Part shown: piece by piece, positions 41,498-56,352 of the stretch
Layout: each line of letters starts with the position of its first letter
Numbering within the stretch: the first letter of the stretch is position 1
Source of the DNA: Octopus vulgaris
Taxonomy: Eukaryota
Reading direction: 5' to 3'
Assembly: GCA_951406725.2 (NCBI GenBank)
Contig: OX597824.1
Span: forward strand, 82,708,001 to 82,772,000
DNA: 64,000 bases
Translations under genes and position numbers: made by a program
Notes under the pieces: model-generated
Told to the model about the DNA's origin: nothing
Databases searched by the model: none
The model's input: only the letters and a program-made list of their open reading frames with translations

Positions 41498-42402
41498 AGA
41501 TAGAATATGTTTTTCTAACAAGTTTTGCCTTGTTGTTAGGCAACCCCGCATCAGCCCTGACACAGCAGACTGGAGCCTGGTGCCTCCCCCACCCGGCTTG
41601 CCAGCTCTGGTCACACTGTCCACGCCATGCCAGCATGGCCAATTGATGTTGAATGACGATGACGATGATGATGATGATGAAGGCGTGTGGCCTAGTGGTT
41701 ACAGTGTTGCACTGATAATTGCTAGATCAGGGGTTCAATACCTGAAATGGGTGGTGAGTAGTGTTCTTGAGCAAAACATTGATGAGAATAACAACAATGA
41801 TGATGATGATGATGGCAATGACAGCAATGATCAGCATCATCATGGTGATGATGATAATGATGCAGATGATGATGATGATGATGATGACACCTATGATGAC
41901 AATGACGACGATGACCTCTGTAAACTGATTTTTAGAGACACATTCCTTTATATCAAAATATAACTTAACGGTTTGACAAATAGAGAACAATAAAGTAAGG
42001 AGCAAGCTGAAATAAGCCACTGAGGTTGTAACTGATATGATCAGTTATAACACATACCACACAGCAGTGCTCCAGCATGGCTGGAACCTGGTGACTGAAA
42101 CCAGTAAAAGAATATCAGGAATAGTGTGTATGTATGAATGCGTGTGTATGTGCGTGTGTGTATGTGTGTGTGTGTGTGTATGTGTGTGTGTGTGTGTGGT
42201 TGGACATGTGTGCATTAATATAATGTACGACGACAACAACAACTACAACAACAACATTAGCAATCACTATAACGACAATTACAACAATCGGAAGGAAAAA
42301 TCGAACAGAAAAACAAGAAGGGGAAACTTTTGTGCTGACTCATATCTGATGAAGAGAACTATGTGTCTGTCTGTCTGTCTGTCTGTCTACGTCTCTGAGT
42401 GC

Positions 42403-42433
<31 letters not shown>

Positions 42434-42635
42434 CGTCTGTGTGTACACGTGTCTGTGTGTGCGATCTTTGCCCGTCTGTGTGTGTGTGTGTGTGTGTATT
42501 TGTGTGTCTGTGTGTCTGTGATGAAAAATTCCTGAGGTAAACCAAATTCCTGCATAATGGCAAAATACCAATTACTGTTGTTTATGTCTGGAAATATTCC
42601 TTATAACTCTATCCCAACCAATCAACTCTCCCTAT

Positions 42636-42679
<44 letters not shown>

Positions 42680-42763
42680 TATCTCTCTGTCTACGTCTAT
42701 CTATCTATCTATCCATCCATATATATCAATTTATCCCATCTATTTATCACATCTATCTATCAA

Positions 42764-42827
<64 letters not shown>

Positions 42828-43550
42828 GTATGTATATATATATTCATATGTATATAAATACATATAAATATATATACACACACACATATACATACATATG
42901 TGTATGTGTGTGTATATCTATATATATTTACGTGTGTGTGTGTATATATATATCTATGTGTGTGTATATATTTATATATATATATATACACATACATATA
43001 TATGGATAGATAGATAGATATTATACACACACACACGCACACATATTTATATATATATATATATATGATATATATCTGTCTCAGTTGCCCTAATGATCTC
43101 ACTATCCCTCTCTATCTCTCTCTATCTATCTATCTATCTATCTATCTGTCTGTCTATCTGTCTGTCTTTGCTTCAGTGTATCTCACTAGCTATCAAAGTC
43201 TCTCACTATTTCTCTTCACTATTCTAAACATCTTGCACTCTCTCTCTCCCACCTCTCTCTCACTTTAATTATCTGTCTGTCCCTTTTTCATCATCACCAC
43301 AGACACACATACACACACACCACCCGGACGCATACAAGAAGTATACAAATAGACACATACTCCCCCCCTATCTCTCTCTCTCTTTCTCTCTCTTTCTCTT
43401 TCTCTCTCTCTCTCTCACACACACATGCACACACACAGAGAAACACATGTACACACTAAGAGAAAACAGTGACAGACAGACAGACTCATACACACACGAC
43501 ATACATATCAACCCACAAAGATACCAAAACACATCCACACACCAACATAC

Positions 43551-43659
43551 ATCCGCAAATAGAGGTTGTCTTGTCTGCTCAACCAAATTCCCCAAATCTT
43601 TCCATTCTAAGGTGACATACCATCCCCATTTAAGAGTCACAGACTGACGAAAGACATGT
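43551..43659 (-). CDS. Candidate internal exon (gHVFRQSVTLKWGWYVTLEWKDLGNLVEQTRQPLFAD)
   Basis: CCCAG acceptor and GTATGT donor; phases (2 in, 0 out) join 45527-45596 to 38733-38876. The acceptor lacks a pyrimidine tract. Confidence 0.3.
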
Positions 43660-44447
43660 CTGGGAATTTTTTCTTTTTTTTTTTTTTTCCTATATTTAAT
43701 GTCTGTGGAATTTTTTACAACTATTTTATAATTGTCTGCACACACTTTTACTCTTCTACTCTTTTACTTGTTTCAGTCATTTCACTGTGGCCATGCTGGA
43801 GCACCGCCTTTTAGTCGAGCAAATCGACCCCTAGGACTTATTCTTTGTAAAGCCTAGTACTTATTCTATTGGTCTCTTTTGCTGAACTGCTAAGTTATGG
43901 GGATGCAAAACACACCAACATTGGTTGGTGTGTTTTTGCTGAACCACTACATTTACAGGGATGTAAACAAACCGACACTGGTTGTCAAGCGATGAGGGTG
44001 GTGGACAAGCCCAAACACACACACATCATCATCATCATCATCATCACTGTCATCGTCATCATCAGCCCCATTAAATGTGCATTTTTTTCATGCTGGTATG
44101 GGTATATATATGTATGTATACATACACACACACACACACACACAACAGGCTTCCACACAGTTTCCAGTAACCAAATTCTTTCACAAGGCTTTGACCAGCC
44201 TGGGACTATAGTATAAGACACTTGCACAAGATGCCATGCAGTGGAACTGAACTCAGAGCCATGTGATTGTGAAGCAAGCTTCTAAACAATGCAGCCATGA
44301 CAGCTCTTATATGGATACATTACATAATGTCACCCTGGATCTGCTAAGTATGAATAAATGATGGGAAGGTCATGGGTGGCATATATTACATCATAAACCT
44401 ACTTAACCAGGTCTAAACATTAGCAGCAACATTGTATACATACATAG

Positions 44448-44482
<35 letters not shown>

Positions 44483-45181
44483 CGTGTGTGTGTGTGTGCG
44501 TGTGTGTGTGCGTGTATGTGTGTGTGTGTGTATATATGTGTGTTTATATATATATATATATATGTGTGTGCGTGTGTATATATATGTGTGTGTGTATATA
44601 TATGTGTGTGTGTGTATATATGTGTATGTGTGTATATATATGTGTGTGTGTATGTGTGTATATATATATGTGTATATATATGTGTGTGCATATATATATG
44701 TGTGTGTGTATATATATATATATATACTCACATACGCACTCATGCATGTATATATATATACATATATAGAAGTATAGAATTATGTATCAATATAGCCACC
44801 CCAGTAACCACCACCACCATCAATCAATCACAGTCTATCTACCCCTTTCGCACCCTTTCAATCTAAGGTATGAGAGGTGGAAGTGTGAAGTGCCAGACAC
44901 GAGAGTGTTGTCATAGAATTTGAGGATTTAAAGTTCAAATAGTGGAATTCCTTACACAACAACTTTCTCTCTCTCTCTCTCTACCTTTCTCTCTTTCTCT
45001 TTCCGTCTCAATCTCTCTCCCTCTCAATTTCTCACTGCCTTTCTCTCCGACTGTTTTTTGTTCGTTACATGTCTGCTTACCTATTTATTTGCTTGTTTGT
45101 TTGTCTCTCCATTCCTTCAGTAACACATCTATCTATCTATCTATCTATCTATCTGTCTGTCTGTCTGTTTATTTGCTTCTA

Positions 45182-45230
<49 letters not shown>

Positions 45231-45257
45231 GTCTGTCTTTATGTCTATTTGCTTCTA

Positions 45258-45311
<54 letters not shown>

Positions 45312-45526
45312 CCTATCTGTTTGTCTATCTGTCTGTCTGTCTGTCTGTCTTTCTGTCTGTCTATCTTTCTATCTGTCTATCAGTTTACCTATCATCTATG
45401 TTCGTCTCTCTCTTTCACTCTCCCAACATATGTGTGTGTGTGTGTGTGTTTATTTGTGTTAGATTCCTTGTCTTCTCCCATCTCTGTCTGTCTGTCTCTC
45501 TCTCTCTCACACACACACACACTCAC

Positions 45527-45596
45527 CCAACCATCACCATTCTGTCTTCGAAAGCCAGACATTGTTTACTTGCCTTATATTCTATGAGGTGAATGA
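45527..45596 (-). CDS. Candidate internal exon (xIHLIEYKASKQCLAFEDRMVMVg)
   Basis: Acceptor CCCTCCCGTCCCCCCTGTCACAG, donor GTGAGT, single open frame, phase-compatible with 43551-43659. Confidence 0.35.
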
Positions 45597-46028
45597 CTGT
45601 GACAGGGGGGACGGGAGGGGCAAGATATTTTCATCATCATCATCATCATCATCATCACCACCACCTCCTTCACCATCATCATCATCATCATATACTGTTA
45701 TAGAAACAGTGTCTCTGTCCAGGCTCAACAATGGATGGGATATTGGATGATGATGCTGATGATGATGATGTGAGTGGTGGTTGTGGTAGTGGTGGTGATT
45801 TGGTATTTGTTGTACTGATGTTGTTGTTTAGCCACAGGTCAGTCCTGAAGAGGCGAAGCCAGATTCAAAAGTTTTCCAGCATTGGCCTTCCCATCTCATT
45901 GTATATCTTGGCATAGCTTTGAGGGAATTTAGTGCTTCTATTTCTAGCAGCTCAAGTGACCATATAGAGACTGTGTGTGTGTGTGTCTGTGTATGTGTGT
46001 GTGTGTATGGAAGTATATGTGGGTGAGC

Positions 46029-46062
<34 letters not shown>

Positions 46063-46129
46063 ATGTGTGTATTTATATACAGATACAAACACACACATAT
46101 GTATATACAGAAACACACTCTCAATATTG

Positions 46130-46600
46130 AAAAAACAAAATTTACTTCGGCTATGATTTGAACTCAGAAAACCAGAGATTAAACAAATTAACACTAACCC
46201 ATCTGTACCATGTCTTGGTTAGTCATAAGGAATGAATTATAGTTTTAATTCCTTTAGACGCAGTATATCACTGGTACTTAAGCAAATAATGCCAGAGGAA
46301 TCGAAAAACAAAATTTACTTCGGCTATGATTTGAACTCAGAAAACCAGAGATTAAACAAATTAACACTAACCCATCTGTAGCATGTCTTGGATAGGCATA
46401 AGGAATGAATTATAGTTTTAATTCCTTTAGACGCAGTATATCACTGGTACTTAAGCAAATAATGCCAGAGTAATCGAAAAACAAAATTTACTTCGGCCAT
46501 GATTTGAACTCAGAAAACCAGAGATTAAACAAATGAACACTAATCCATCTGTACCATGTCTTGGATAGGCATAAGGATTGAATTGTAGCTTTAATTTCTT
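46130..46600. repeat. 173-bp tandem repeat (~2.7 copies) derived from a diverged SINE A
   Basis: TTTACTTCGG at 46141, 46314 and 46487; the unit contains GATTTGAACTCAGAA and ACTGGTACTTA. Confidence 0.9.
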
Positions 46601-47204
46601 TCCCAAGAATATTAGTTACGGTCACAGAAATGCATCGGAGTTCAAGTCTGTTGAGAGCTTCCAGCTGTACAGCAGCGAACACGTACTGCTGTTTATATTC
46701 CAGAGAATACTACTGCACTAGAGAAAATACTACCGCTTCGTAGAGTATAAACCGCTGTATTGATACAAAAATACCGCTGCACCATATGAAAAAATACCAC
46801 TGCACAGCAGAAAGTTTACAGCGGCAACGCAATATATTTTTATTGTTGCATCACAAGAGAATTCCGCATTATATCATTCTTCCATATATGGATTATGGAA
46901 CTACTGCATCACACCAAACAGATTGGATATTGGTGCAGTACGCACACACACACACACACATACACAATTGACCGGTTATGTTAATCTATGCAGTTTAGAC
47001 AATGATGGGGTATGTGTTGCTGTTTTTCTTGCTAGAAATAGCAACAAAATCTCTCTCCAGTTGAATTCTAATGTTCGGTCTTGAGAAAGGTTAAAAAAAA
47101 AAAGTGGGGTCATGTTGATTAACGCAGTCTTAGATATACGATAACTGAAAATATGAAGGGATAATCATGGCTTGAAGCCTTGATTACACGTTTGCTTATA
47201 TGTT

Positions 47205-47595
47205 TCTTTATTACCCACAAGGGGTTAAACATAGAGGGGACAAACAAGGACAGACAACGAATTAAGTCGATTACATCGACCCCAGTGCATAACTGGTACT
47301 TAATTTATCGACCCCGAGAGGATGAAAGGCAAAGTCGACCTGGGCGGAATTTGAACTCAGAACGTAGCGGCAGACGAAATACCTATTTCTTTACTACCCA
47401 CAAGGGCTAAACATAGAGGGGACAAACAGGGACAGACAAACGAATTAAGTTGATTACATCGACCCCAGTGTGTAACTAGTACTTAATTTATCGACCCCGA
47501 AAGGATGAAAGGCAAAGTCGACCTCAGTGGAATTTGAACTCAGAACGTAATGACACGAAATACGGCTACGCATTTCGCCCGCCGTGCTAACGTTT
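47205..47595 (-). mobile_element. SINE family A head-to-tail dimer
   Basis: Two consecutive ~180-bp units TTTCTTTA...GACGAAATAC. Confidence 0.9.
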
Positions 47596-48091
47596 GCTTA
47601 TAGAGAGGTTCAAAATGAAGCAAAATGATAATAATAGAGAATCACAAGATCTTAATTTAAGAATATACTATATCAGAAAAGGAAAAAAAAAAAAGGATGG
47701 TCATGGTTAGAATGTCTTTGATAATAGATCTTCTCAATCAAGCTTCACTCGGAGTTAAACAACAACACCAGGAAACTTACACGTCCTACCACTGCATCAA
47801 TCCGCATTTCATGCCACAGCATGAGGCTGCACACAGCGCTAGCATTAAAGAGGATTCTCCCACTGTTCTATTGTTACGTCAATAGTACAGTTGCACTATG
47901 TTGCACTGTCGATATTGCACAATCAGCTCGGCATTGCAGTGCACACAACAAAGGCGAAATGCGTTTGGGTTGTTAAGGGAGGGGGAACGATACAATTGCG
48001 TGGTTAGTTTCCTACAGCTAACGCTCAGCTTGAAAATTCATTTAATGGTTTATTGCTTACAAGGTATATACAACCACACCCCCACACGCAC

Positions 48092-48129
<38 letters not shown>

Positions 48130-48407
48130 GTACGAATTCCTTTATGTGTTCCAGCCCAAAGGCTGCAGCTATATTGGAACACACACGTAAATATATGTAT
48201 ATATATGTGTATATATAAAAATATATATATAATTATTATTTATTTCTATATATTTATAGCATCATCATTTATTATTATTATTATCATTATTATTATTATT
48301 ATTATCATTATTATTATTATTATTATCATTATTATTATTATTATTTTTTTTTTTTTTGTTGTTGTTGTTGTTGTTGTTGTTATTATTATTATTATTATTA
48401 TTATTGC

Positions 48408-48438
<31 letters not shown>

Positions 48439-49524
48439 ATATATATATATATATATATTTATATTTAATAATAATACAGATACATACATACACATAGATG
48501 TATATATGTATATAAAAGAGATAGATAGATAGATAGGCACATGCAGACATTCACATATATTATGTCATATATTATACATCACATACACACACACATACAT
48601 GTGTGTGTGTATATATATATACGATGGACTTCTTTCAGTTTCCGTCTACCAAATCCACTCACAAGGCTTTGGTCAGCCTGAGGCAATAGTAGAAGACACT
48701 TGCCTAAGGTGCCATGCAATGGGACTGAACCCGGAAACATGTGGTTGGTAAGCAAGCTACTTATCACACAGCCACTCCTACGCCCATGTATATATGACCA
48801 AAGAAAAATGAAGTCTTAAAATTTCACAGTATTTAGATTAAACATTATGGTAAGCTTTCATAATCTGGAAGAGAAGGACAGCATGCTGCTGTTAGCTATG
48901 GGTGTCGGCTATTTAGTGAATATTTCGTATGCTCAGTCAGATGAGTTCATGTCCAAGCAAGTAGGAGCAGGTCTTGCATTGCGAAAAAGCAACCAGGAGT
49001 ATACAGGGGTCATTCAGTAAGGAGCATAGGGTCAGTTTCCCTGTTTCTGCCCTGTATGGGACACTAGTCGATCATAGGATTACTCATTTTTGCTAGGTGA
49101 GTGTACCGGGATGATGTGAAATGAAGTGTCTTGCTCGAGAGCATAACGTATCACCTGGTCCAGGAATCAAAACCACAATCTTACAATCATGAGTTCTACA
49201 TCCTAACCACTAAACCTGTCTTTTGCACTAAGAAAAAGGAGGTGGGGGCTGTCCTAATGATGGATCTGGTTGATAGCTGGATCTGTCCTACATGTGACAA
49301 CAGCTGGTCAGTATAACTTCACAAGAAAGTAATGCTCAGAGAGCTGAAAGAGTGTAGGCAAAAGAGTTCCATTGCTCATGTGTTGTCAGGCCTAAAGAGT
49401 TTATCCCAAACCAGCCCCAGAGCATATGATAGTACTGTAAGGTCAAAGATTTCTGAAATTTGTCCATAGTATGTGGAATCTGGAACAGGCTCTTTATTTC
49501 AACCTTATTGGTAGAAATAAAACA

Positions 49525-49860
49525 CATGGCTCAGTGGTTGGAGTGTCAGGCTTAGAATCATGAAGAAGTGACGTCAATTCCCAGACCAGGTTGTGTGTTG
49601 TGTTCTTGAGCAAGACACTTTATTTCATGTTGCTCCAGTTCACTAAGCTGTAGAAATAGAAATGAGTCACGACATCACTGGTGCCAAGCTGTATCGGCCT
49701 TTGACTTTCCCTTGGATAACATCAGTGGAGTGGAGAGGGGTGGCTGGAATGCATGGGTGACTGCTGGTCTTTCATAAACAACCTTGCCCAGATTTGTAAC
49801 TTCAGAGTGTAAGTGTCTAGGTGAAATCCCATGTTCATTCATGACCGAAGGGGGTCCTTA
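49525..49860 (+). mobile_element. tRNA-derived SINE (further family)
   Basis: TGGCTCAGTGG A-box, degenerate B-box, GTGTTCTTGAGCAAGACACT motif; a related inverted fragment lies at ~49020-49215. Confidence 0.65.
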
Positions 49861-50789
49861 CCATATATATATATACATCCACCCCAGTGTGTAACTGTTA
49901 CTTATTTCATTGACCCCATCAGGATGAAAGGTAAAGTCAACCATGGCAGAATTTGAACTCAGAACATAGTGGCAGGCAAAATACTGCTAAGTACTTTGCC
50001 CAGCATGCTAACAATTCTGCCAGATCACTATCTTGAAAATAAAAAAAGAAAAGCACCCAATATTCTCTGTGAAATGGTTGTGACTGAAATCGGATAGAAG
50101 GAAACTGTGTAGAATCCCCACAGATGGAATGTATTTATAATTCAAACGTCCAGTTTTGTTACAATGTTTCTTACTGATACTGTTGTATCAACAAAGCTTC
50201 AAATGTTTATGAAGGAATATCTTTCAGGTGATATGGCAAGACAGATTCACAAACAAAACATTATGGGGAATGGGGGAAATAGCACCTTATTCAAAACCAG
50301 GTCAAGATAAGGAAATGGGGCTGGCTAGAAATCACCCTACAGAAACCTGTTTTAAATATTGGCAAACTGGCAGAATTGTTAGCAGACCCTGGCAAAATGC
50401 TTAGTGATATTTCATGTCTTAAACATTCTGAGCTCAAATTTGCCTTTCATTCTTTCAGGGTCAATAAATTAAGTACCAGTTGAGCAATGGGGTTGATATA
50501 GTCAAGCTGGCCCCTCTTTCAAGCTTGTTCGTCTTGAGCCAACATTTGAAACCAGTATTATAAAAGCAAGCTCAAAGGGGTGAGATGGTAGAATTTTTAA
50601 CACACCAGGCAAAGGGCCGAGTGGCATTCCATCCGTCTTTACATTCTAACCTCAAATTCCACCAAAGTCAACTTTGGTAATTAACTTGCTACATCCAAAT
50701 GCAATCAACATGCTTTCTCTCCTGAAATTGCTGGCCTTGTACGAAAATTTGAAAGCAATGTTACAAAGCAAGCCCTCAGATGGATATCC

Positions 50790-51112
50790 TAAAGGAAACA
50801 GAAGCGTGGCAGCCTGGAAAAATGAAAAAGCATGGAGAAGGTCTATAGTAACTAAAGCACTGGCAAGCAAATACACCTAAGGATAATTACTATCCATTGC
50901 CAAAGATCTAGACCAGGGGTTCTCAACCTTTTTTTTTTTATCTATGGACCCCTTTGATTGTTAAAGGAAACAGAAGCATGGCAGACTGGAAAAATGAAAA
51001 ACCACGAAGAAAGTCCACAGAAACTAAAGCACTGGCAAATGAATACACCTAGGGATAATTACTATCCATTGCCAAAGATCTAGGCCAGGGATTCTCACCC
51101 ATTTTTCATCTA
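50790..51112. repeat. ~170-bp local tandem duplication including a MITE left end
   Basis: TAAAGGAAACAGAAGC...GCCAAAGATCTAG-CCAGGG is present twice. Confidence 0.85.
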
Positions 51113-51724
51113 TACTCTTTCTCTTTTACTCTTTTACTTGTTTCAGTCATTTGACTGCGGCCATGCTGGAGCACCACCTTTAGTCGAGCAAATCAACCCC
51201 GGGACTTATTCTTTGTAAGCCCAGTACTTATTCTATCGGTCTCTTTTGCCGAACCGCTAAGTGACAGGGACATAAACGCACCAGCACCGGTTGTCAAGCA
51301 ATGCTAGGGGGGACAAACACAGACACACAAACACACCCACGCATATATATATATATGCATATATACGACGGGCTTCTTTCAGTTTCCGTCTACCAAATCC
51401 ACTCACAAGGCTTTGGTCGGCCCGAGGCTATAGTAGAAGACACTTGCCCAAGGTGCCACACGGTGGGACTGAACCCGGAACCATGTGGTTGGTAAACAAG
51501 CTACTTACCACACAGCCACTCCTACGCTATGGACCCCTTTGATTAATATTTTATTCTGGTGGACCCTAATAGCCATTCGGTGTTTAAAAACTAGTTTTAT
51601 AGAAAATTCTTTCAAAATTCCTGTTTTATTTTTCACACGTTAATTTGCATAGGTTGAACTATGTTAGAGGAAGAAGCCTAGCTGTTTCTTGCAATACATA
51701 CCAATATACACATCATCATCATCC

Positions 51725-51762
<38 letters not shown>

Positions 51763-52050
51763 GTTTAACGTCCATTTTCCGCGCTAGCACGGGTTGGACG
51801 GTTCGACCGGGGTCTGGGAAGCCAGGAGGCTGCTCCAGCCTCCAGTCTGATCTGGCAGAGTTTCTACGGCTGGATGCCCTTCCTAACGCCAACCACTCCG
51901 CGAGTGTAGTGGGTGCATCTAAAGCAAAATTTCTTCAGGGGCCCTTAAAATACTATTGTGGATCCCCAATTTACTATTTTGTTGCATTGACCCCCTAAAT
52001 ATCTTATATGGACCCTCAGGGGCTATATGGTCCCTGCTCGAGAATCACTG
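51086..52050. mobile_element. hAT-type MITE (same family as 40782-41497) with nested SINE B and RTE-tail insertions
   Basis: CAGGGATTCTCA ... GAGAATCACTG termini, ATCTAGRC target, shared ATGGACCCC motifs; interrupted at 51115-51527 and ~51710-51915. Confidence 0.7.
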
Positions 52051-52124
52051 AGACAAACAAAGATCCACAGTTGGTGCCCTATGCTCCGCATGGAAGTAAA
52101 GGAATTACAGAAAAGAACACATAC

Positions 52125-52193
52125 ATATGTCTGTGGAATATTCAGCCAGTCACATGCTAACTCAATGAATAGGTAGTTTTTTCTATTGAACAA
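52125..52193 (-). CDS. Weak candidate exon (LFNRKNYLFIELACDWLNIPQTY)
   Basis: TTCAG acceptor, GTATGT donor, 69 nt, one open frame; not phase-linked to the other candidates. Confidence 0.2.
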
Positions 52194-52684
52194 CTGAATA
52201 TTCATAAGTATGAGGTTCAAGTCTCACTCTCACCTTTTATATCCATCTCATTCACTCATTTTTTTTACTATGTCCCCATCTTCCTCTCTCTCACTCTCAC
52301 TCACACTCTCTAGTTTCCAGCAAACAACAACAACTAAAGCAACTACAGCAACAACAACAACAGCAACAACCCATTTGACAACATCCGCGATGCCTCTCCT
52401 TGACCTTCATCCCGAAACTCTCCAGATTTTCATTCAAACACACACGCACACACACACACATACACACTCAACTCCACTCCACTCCCACTCCCACTTCTGC
52501 ACACTCAACACAGTCACATTCACTCCGCTCCACATACTTGACACAGTCACACTCGCACTCCACCAAACCACAACCACTACCACTACCACCACAATCATCA
52601 TCATCATCATCATCGTCATCATCATTTTTATCACCATTAGTCAACAGCATTAGCACCTGCCATTGAAAAAAACCATCTCCAATA

Positions 52685-53173
52685 TCATCATCATCATCAT
52701 CACCAACATTGTCATCATCACCATCCTAATCATCCTCATCCTCATCATCCTCATCCTCATCATCACCACCAATAGACACTACCATCGTCATCACCACTAC
52801 CACCACCACTACCACCATCAGTGTTGAATATGATGATGATCATCATCATCATCATCATCCTCTGCCTCCTCCTCTTCCTCATCGTCATCAACAATACCAT
52901 CTTTATTCATCATTGTTACTATGACGATCATCATTGTCATTGGTTCCATAATCAATGTCTTTGTCATTGTCATCACCACCACCACCACCACCACCACCAC
53001 CACTACTATTGTTGTCCTCATCATTATCAGCATCAGCTGCATGACCAATACCACTGCCATCATCATCATCATCATCGTCATTTTCTTCCTCATTGTCATC
53101 ATCACAATCATCATCATCATCATCATCATCATCGTCATCATTGTCATCATCATCATCGTCATCATCATCATCG

Positions 53174-53222
<49 letters not shown>

Positions 53223-53620
53223 TGTCATCATCATCATCGTCGTCATTGTCATCATCATCATCATCATCATCATCGTCATCATTGTCATCATCATCATCAT
53301 CGTCGTCATTGTCATCATCATCATCGTCATCATTGTCATCATCATCATCGTCGTCGTCATCGTCATCATTATCATCATCATTGTCATCATCATCATTGTT
53401 ACTGTCATCGTCATTATCATCATCAACATTGTCATCGTCATCATCAACGTCGTCGTCGTTGTCATCATCATCGCTGCCGTCGTCCTTGTCGTCATCATCA
53501 TCATCATCAATATCATCATCGCCATCACCGTAATCATCATCATCATCGTCGTCATAACCATCATCCTTATCATTATCATCATCATCATCATCGTTATCAT
53601 TATCATCATTATTGTCATCA
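52685..53620. repeat. ~0.9-kb imperfect (ATC)n tract
   Basis: Long ATC/GTC/ATT triplet run; source of the poly-H/I/S/D/M ORFs. Confidence 0.95.
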
Positions 53621-54116
53621 TCCTTACCATAGCTATTTGTCTCACTACCACCCTGACTACGGCAATCGGTGGCAACTACAGCCATCACAACCAATGCAGC
53701 ACACTACCACCATCGCCTATACCACCGGCATCTATTTGCCAGATTCATAACCCTTTAAACACCCACACACACCCACACACACACACACACACAGAAAGAA
53801 AAGATAGAACTAGGTGAAGAGGAAGGGGAGAACGGAACAATGAGAGAGAGAGAGAGAGAGAGAGAGGCAGGAAGAAGAATAGCAAGGGTTGAAGAGGTGG
53901 GAGAGTGAAGAGTGCCATTGCAATGGTGGTGGAGGCACACAGCAAGAGAAAGTCAGATAGTGGTGGTGGTGGTGGTGGTGGAGGTGGTAATGGGGGCAGG
54001 GGAAGTGATGAGGAGGCTGGGATCATGGATGCTGGGCAGATGTAAACACATACCTGGTTGACACGTCACTTTGTTTACATCAATTTCTTCAGCCAGTCAG
54101 TCCAGAAATATTCACA

Positions 54117-54173
<57 letters not shown>

Positions 54174-56315
54174 TCACACACACATACATGCATGCTTGCA
54201 GGCATGCATTCACACACACACACACACATAGGCACATAGACAGACACAGAGACATTCGTACAGAGACAAACATCCACACACACACACACACATAGACAGA
54301 CACAGAGACATTCGTACAGAGACAAACATCCACACACACACACACAATGTATGTGTATAGGCAGATACACAGACACAAACAGATGTAGACAAACACACGC
54401 TCATACACATACACATATGTAAACACACACACACACAGTGACAGATGTGCACGTGCATATAAGCATACAGGCACATACCAACTCATACACACACACACAC
54501 ACACACATGCATGCACACACGCACACACACACACACACACAAACAAACCCACATACACACACACAAACCTACATACTCACATGCATGGAGACATGCACAT
54601 GTACACAGATATGCAGACACATGCACACTCACACCCACACATACACACACATATACACACACATATATATATATGTATATATATATGCACAGACTCATAC
54701 ACACATATATATATATAAAGACACACCCACACATACACACACATATATGTATATATATATGCACAGACTCATACATACACATACATATATATATAAAGAC
54801 ACACCCACACATATATATGTCTATATATATATATATATATATATGCACAGACTCATACACACACACACATATATATATATATATAGACACACATACACAT
54901 ACGCACACAGACGTACAGGTGGAGATGAGGTTAGACAGGGAACCCATTCCAAAACTTACGACACAGCGCCACCCTTCCATGCATCCCACCATTCCATTGT
55001 GCATCACACCACATTGCACCGCACTGCACTGCCTGCCTGCCGCATACTGGCAGTAGCATGGTGCAAGCCTCTGCACAACACGCGTTTGACAGCCATGCAT
55101 TTGTCACTACCACCACTACCACCACCGCCATCATCATCATCATCATCATCATTATCATCATCATCGTCATTACGAACCAAAGGGGTGACATTCAGACAGA
55201 CAGACAGACAGACGGACAGATGGGTTACGAAGGGAGAAGTCCCCCATCACTGCCAATGTCACCTTTTGACATCGTCCCCTCTCGTCGGCATTGTCAGCAC
55301 ATCACCCCAGTCATAACTACCACCACCATAATCATCATCGTCGTCGTTGTCATCACCACCACCACCACCACCACCATCATAATGATTACCAAAATCATGA
55401 CCACCACCATCACTATGACCATCATCTTTATCATCATCATCATCACCACAGTCAACTCCACCACCACCATTACCACAATCATCATCATCATCGTCATCGT
55501 CATCATCACCACCACCACCACCACCATCATAATGATTACAACAACCATGACCACCACCATCACCATCACCATCATCTTTATCATCATCATCAGCACAATC
55601 AACTCTGCCACCACCATTGCCATCATCATCATCACCATCATCATAATCATCATTACCATCATTCTCACTACAGCCAAAACTATTTGTTATTATCATCATC
55701 ATCATCATCGTTATCATTATCATCATTATTGTCATCATCCTTACCATAGCTATTTGTCTCACTACCACCCTGACTACGGCAATCGGTGGCAACTACAGCC
55801 ATTACAACCAATGCAGCACACTACCACCAGCGCCTATACCACCGGCATCTACCACCATCGCCTATACCACCGGCATCTATTTGCCAGATTCATAACCCTT
55901 TAAACACCACACACACACACCCACACACACACAGAAAGAAAAGATAGAACTAGGTGAAGAGGAAGGGGAGAACGGAACAATGAGAGAGAGAGAGAGAGGC
56001 AGGAAGAAGAATAGCAAGGGTTGAAGAGGTGGGAGAGTGAAGAGTGCCATTGCAATGGTGGTGGAGGCACACAGCAAGAGAAAGTCAGATAGTGGTGGTG
56101 GTGGTGGTGGTGGTGGTGGTAATGGGGGCAGGGGAAGTGATGAGGAGGCTGGGATCATGGATGCTGGGCAGATGTAAACACATACCTGGTTGACACGTCA
56201 CTTTGTTTACATCAATTTCTTCAGCCAGTCAGTCCAGAAATATTCACACTCACGCACACACACACACACACACACACATACACTCACACACACATACACG
56301 CATGCTTGCAGGCAT

Positions 56316-56352
<37 letters not shown>

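Noticed and set aside
42500-42587. Minus-strand acceptor followed by INNSNWYFAIMQEFGLPQEFF
   Set aside because: No credible donor before it runs into a CA repeat; phase does not fit the exon chain.
47781-47862. Minus-strand candidate exon GRILFNASAVCSLMLWHEMRIDAVVGR with GTAAGT donor
   Set aside because: Weak acceptor, and phase is incompatible with neighbouring candidate exons.
52818-53817. Long His-rich or Asp-rich ORFs (up to 309 aa) suggesting a metal-binding or biomineral protein
   Set aside because: Five frames are open simply because (ATC)n lacks stops; no signal peptide or splice context, and similar tracts occur throughout.
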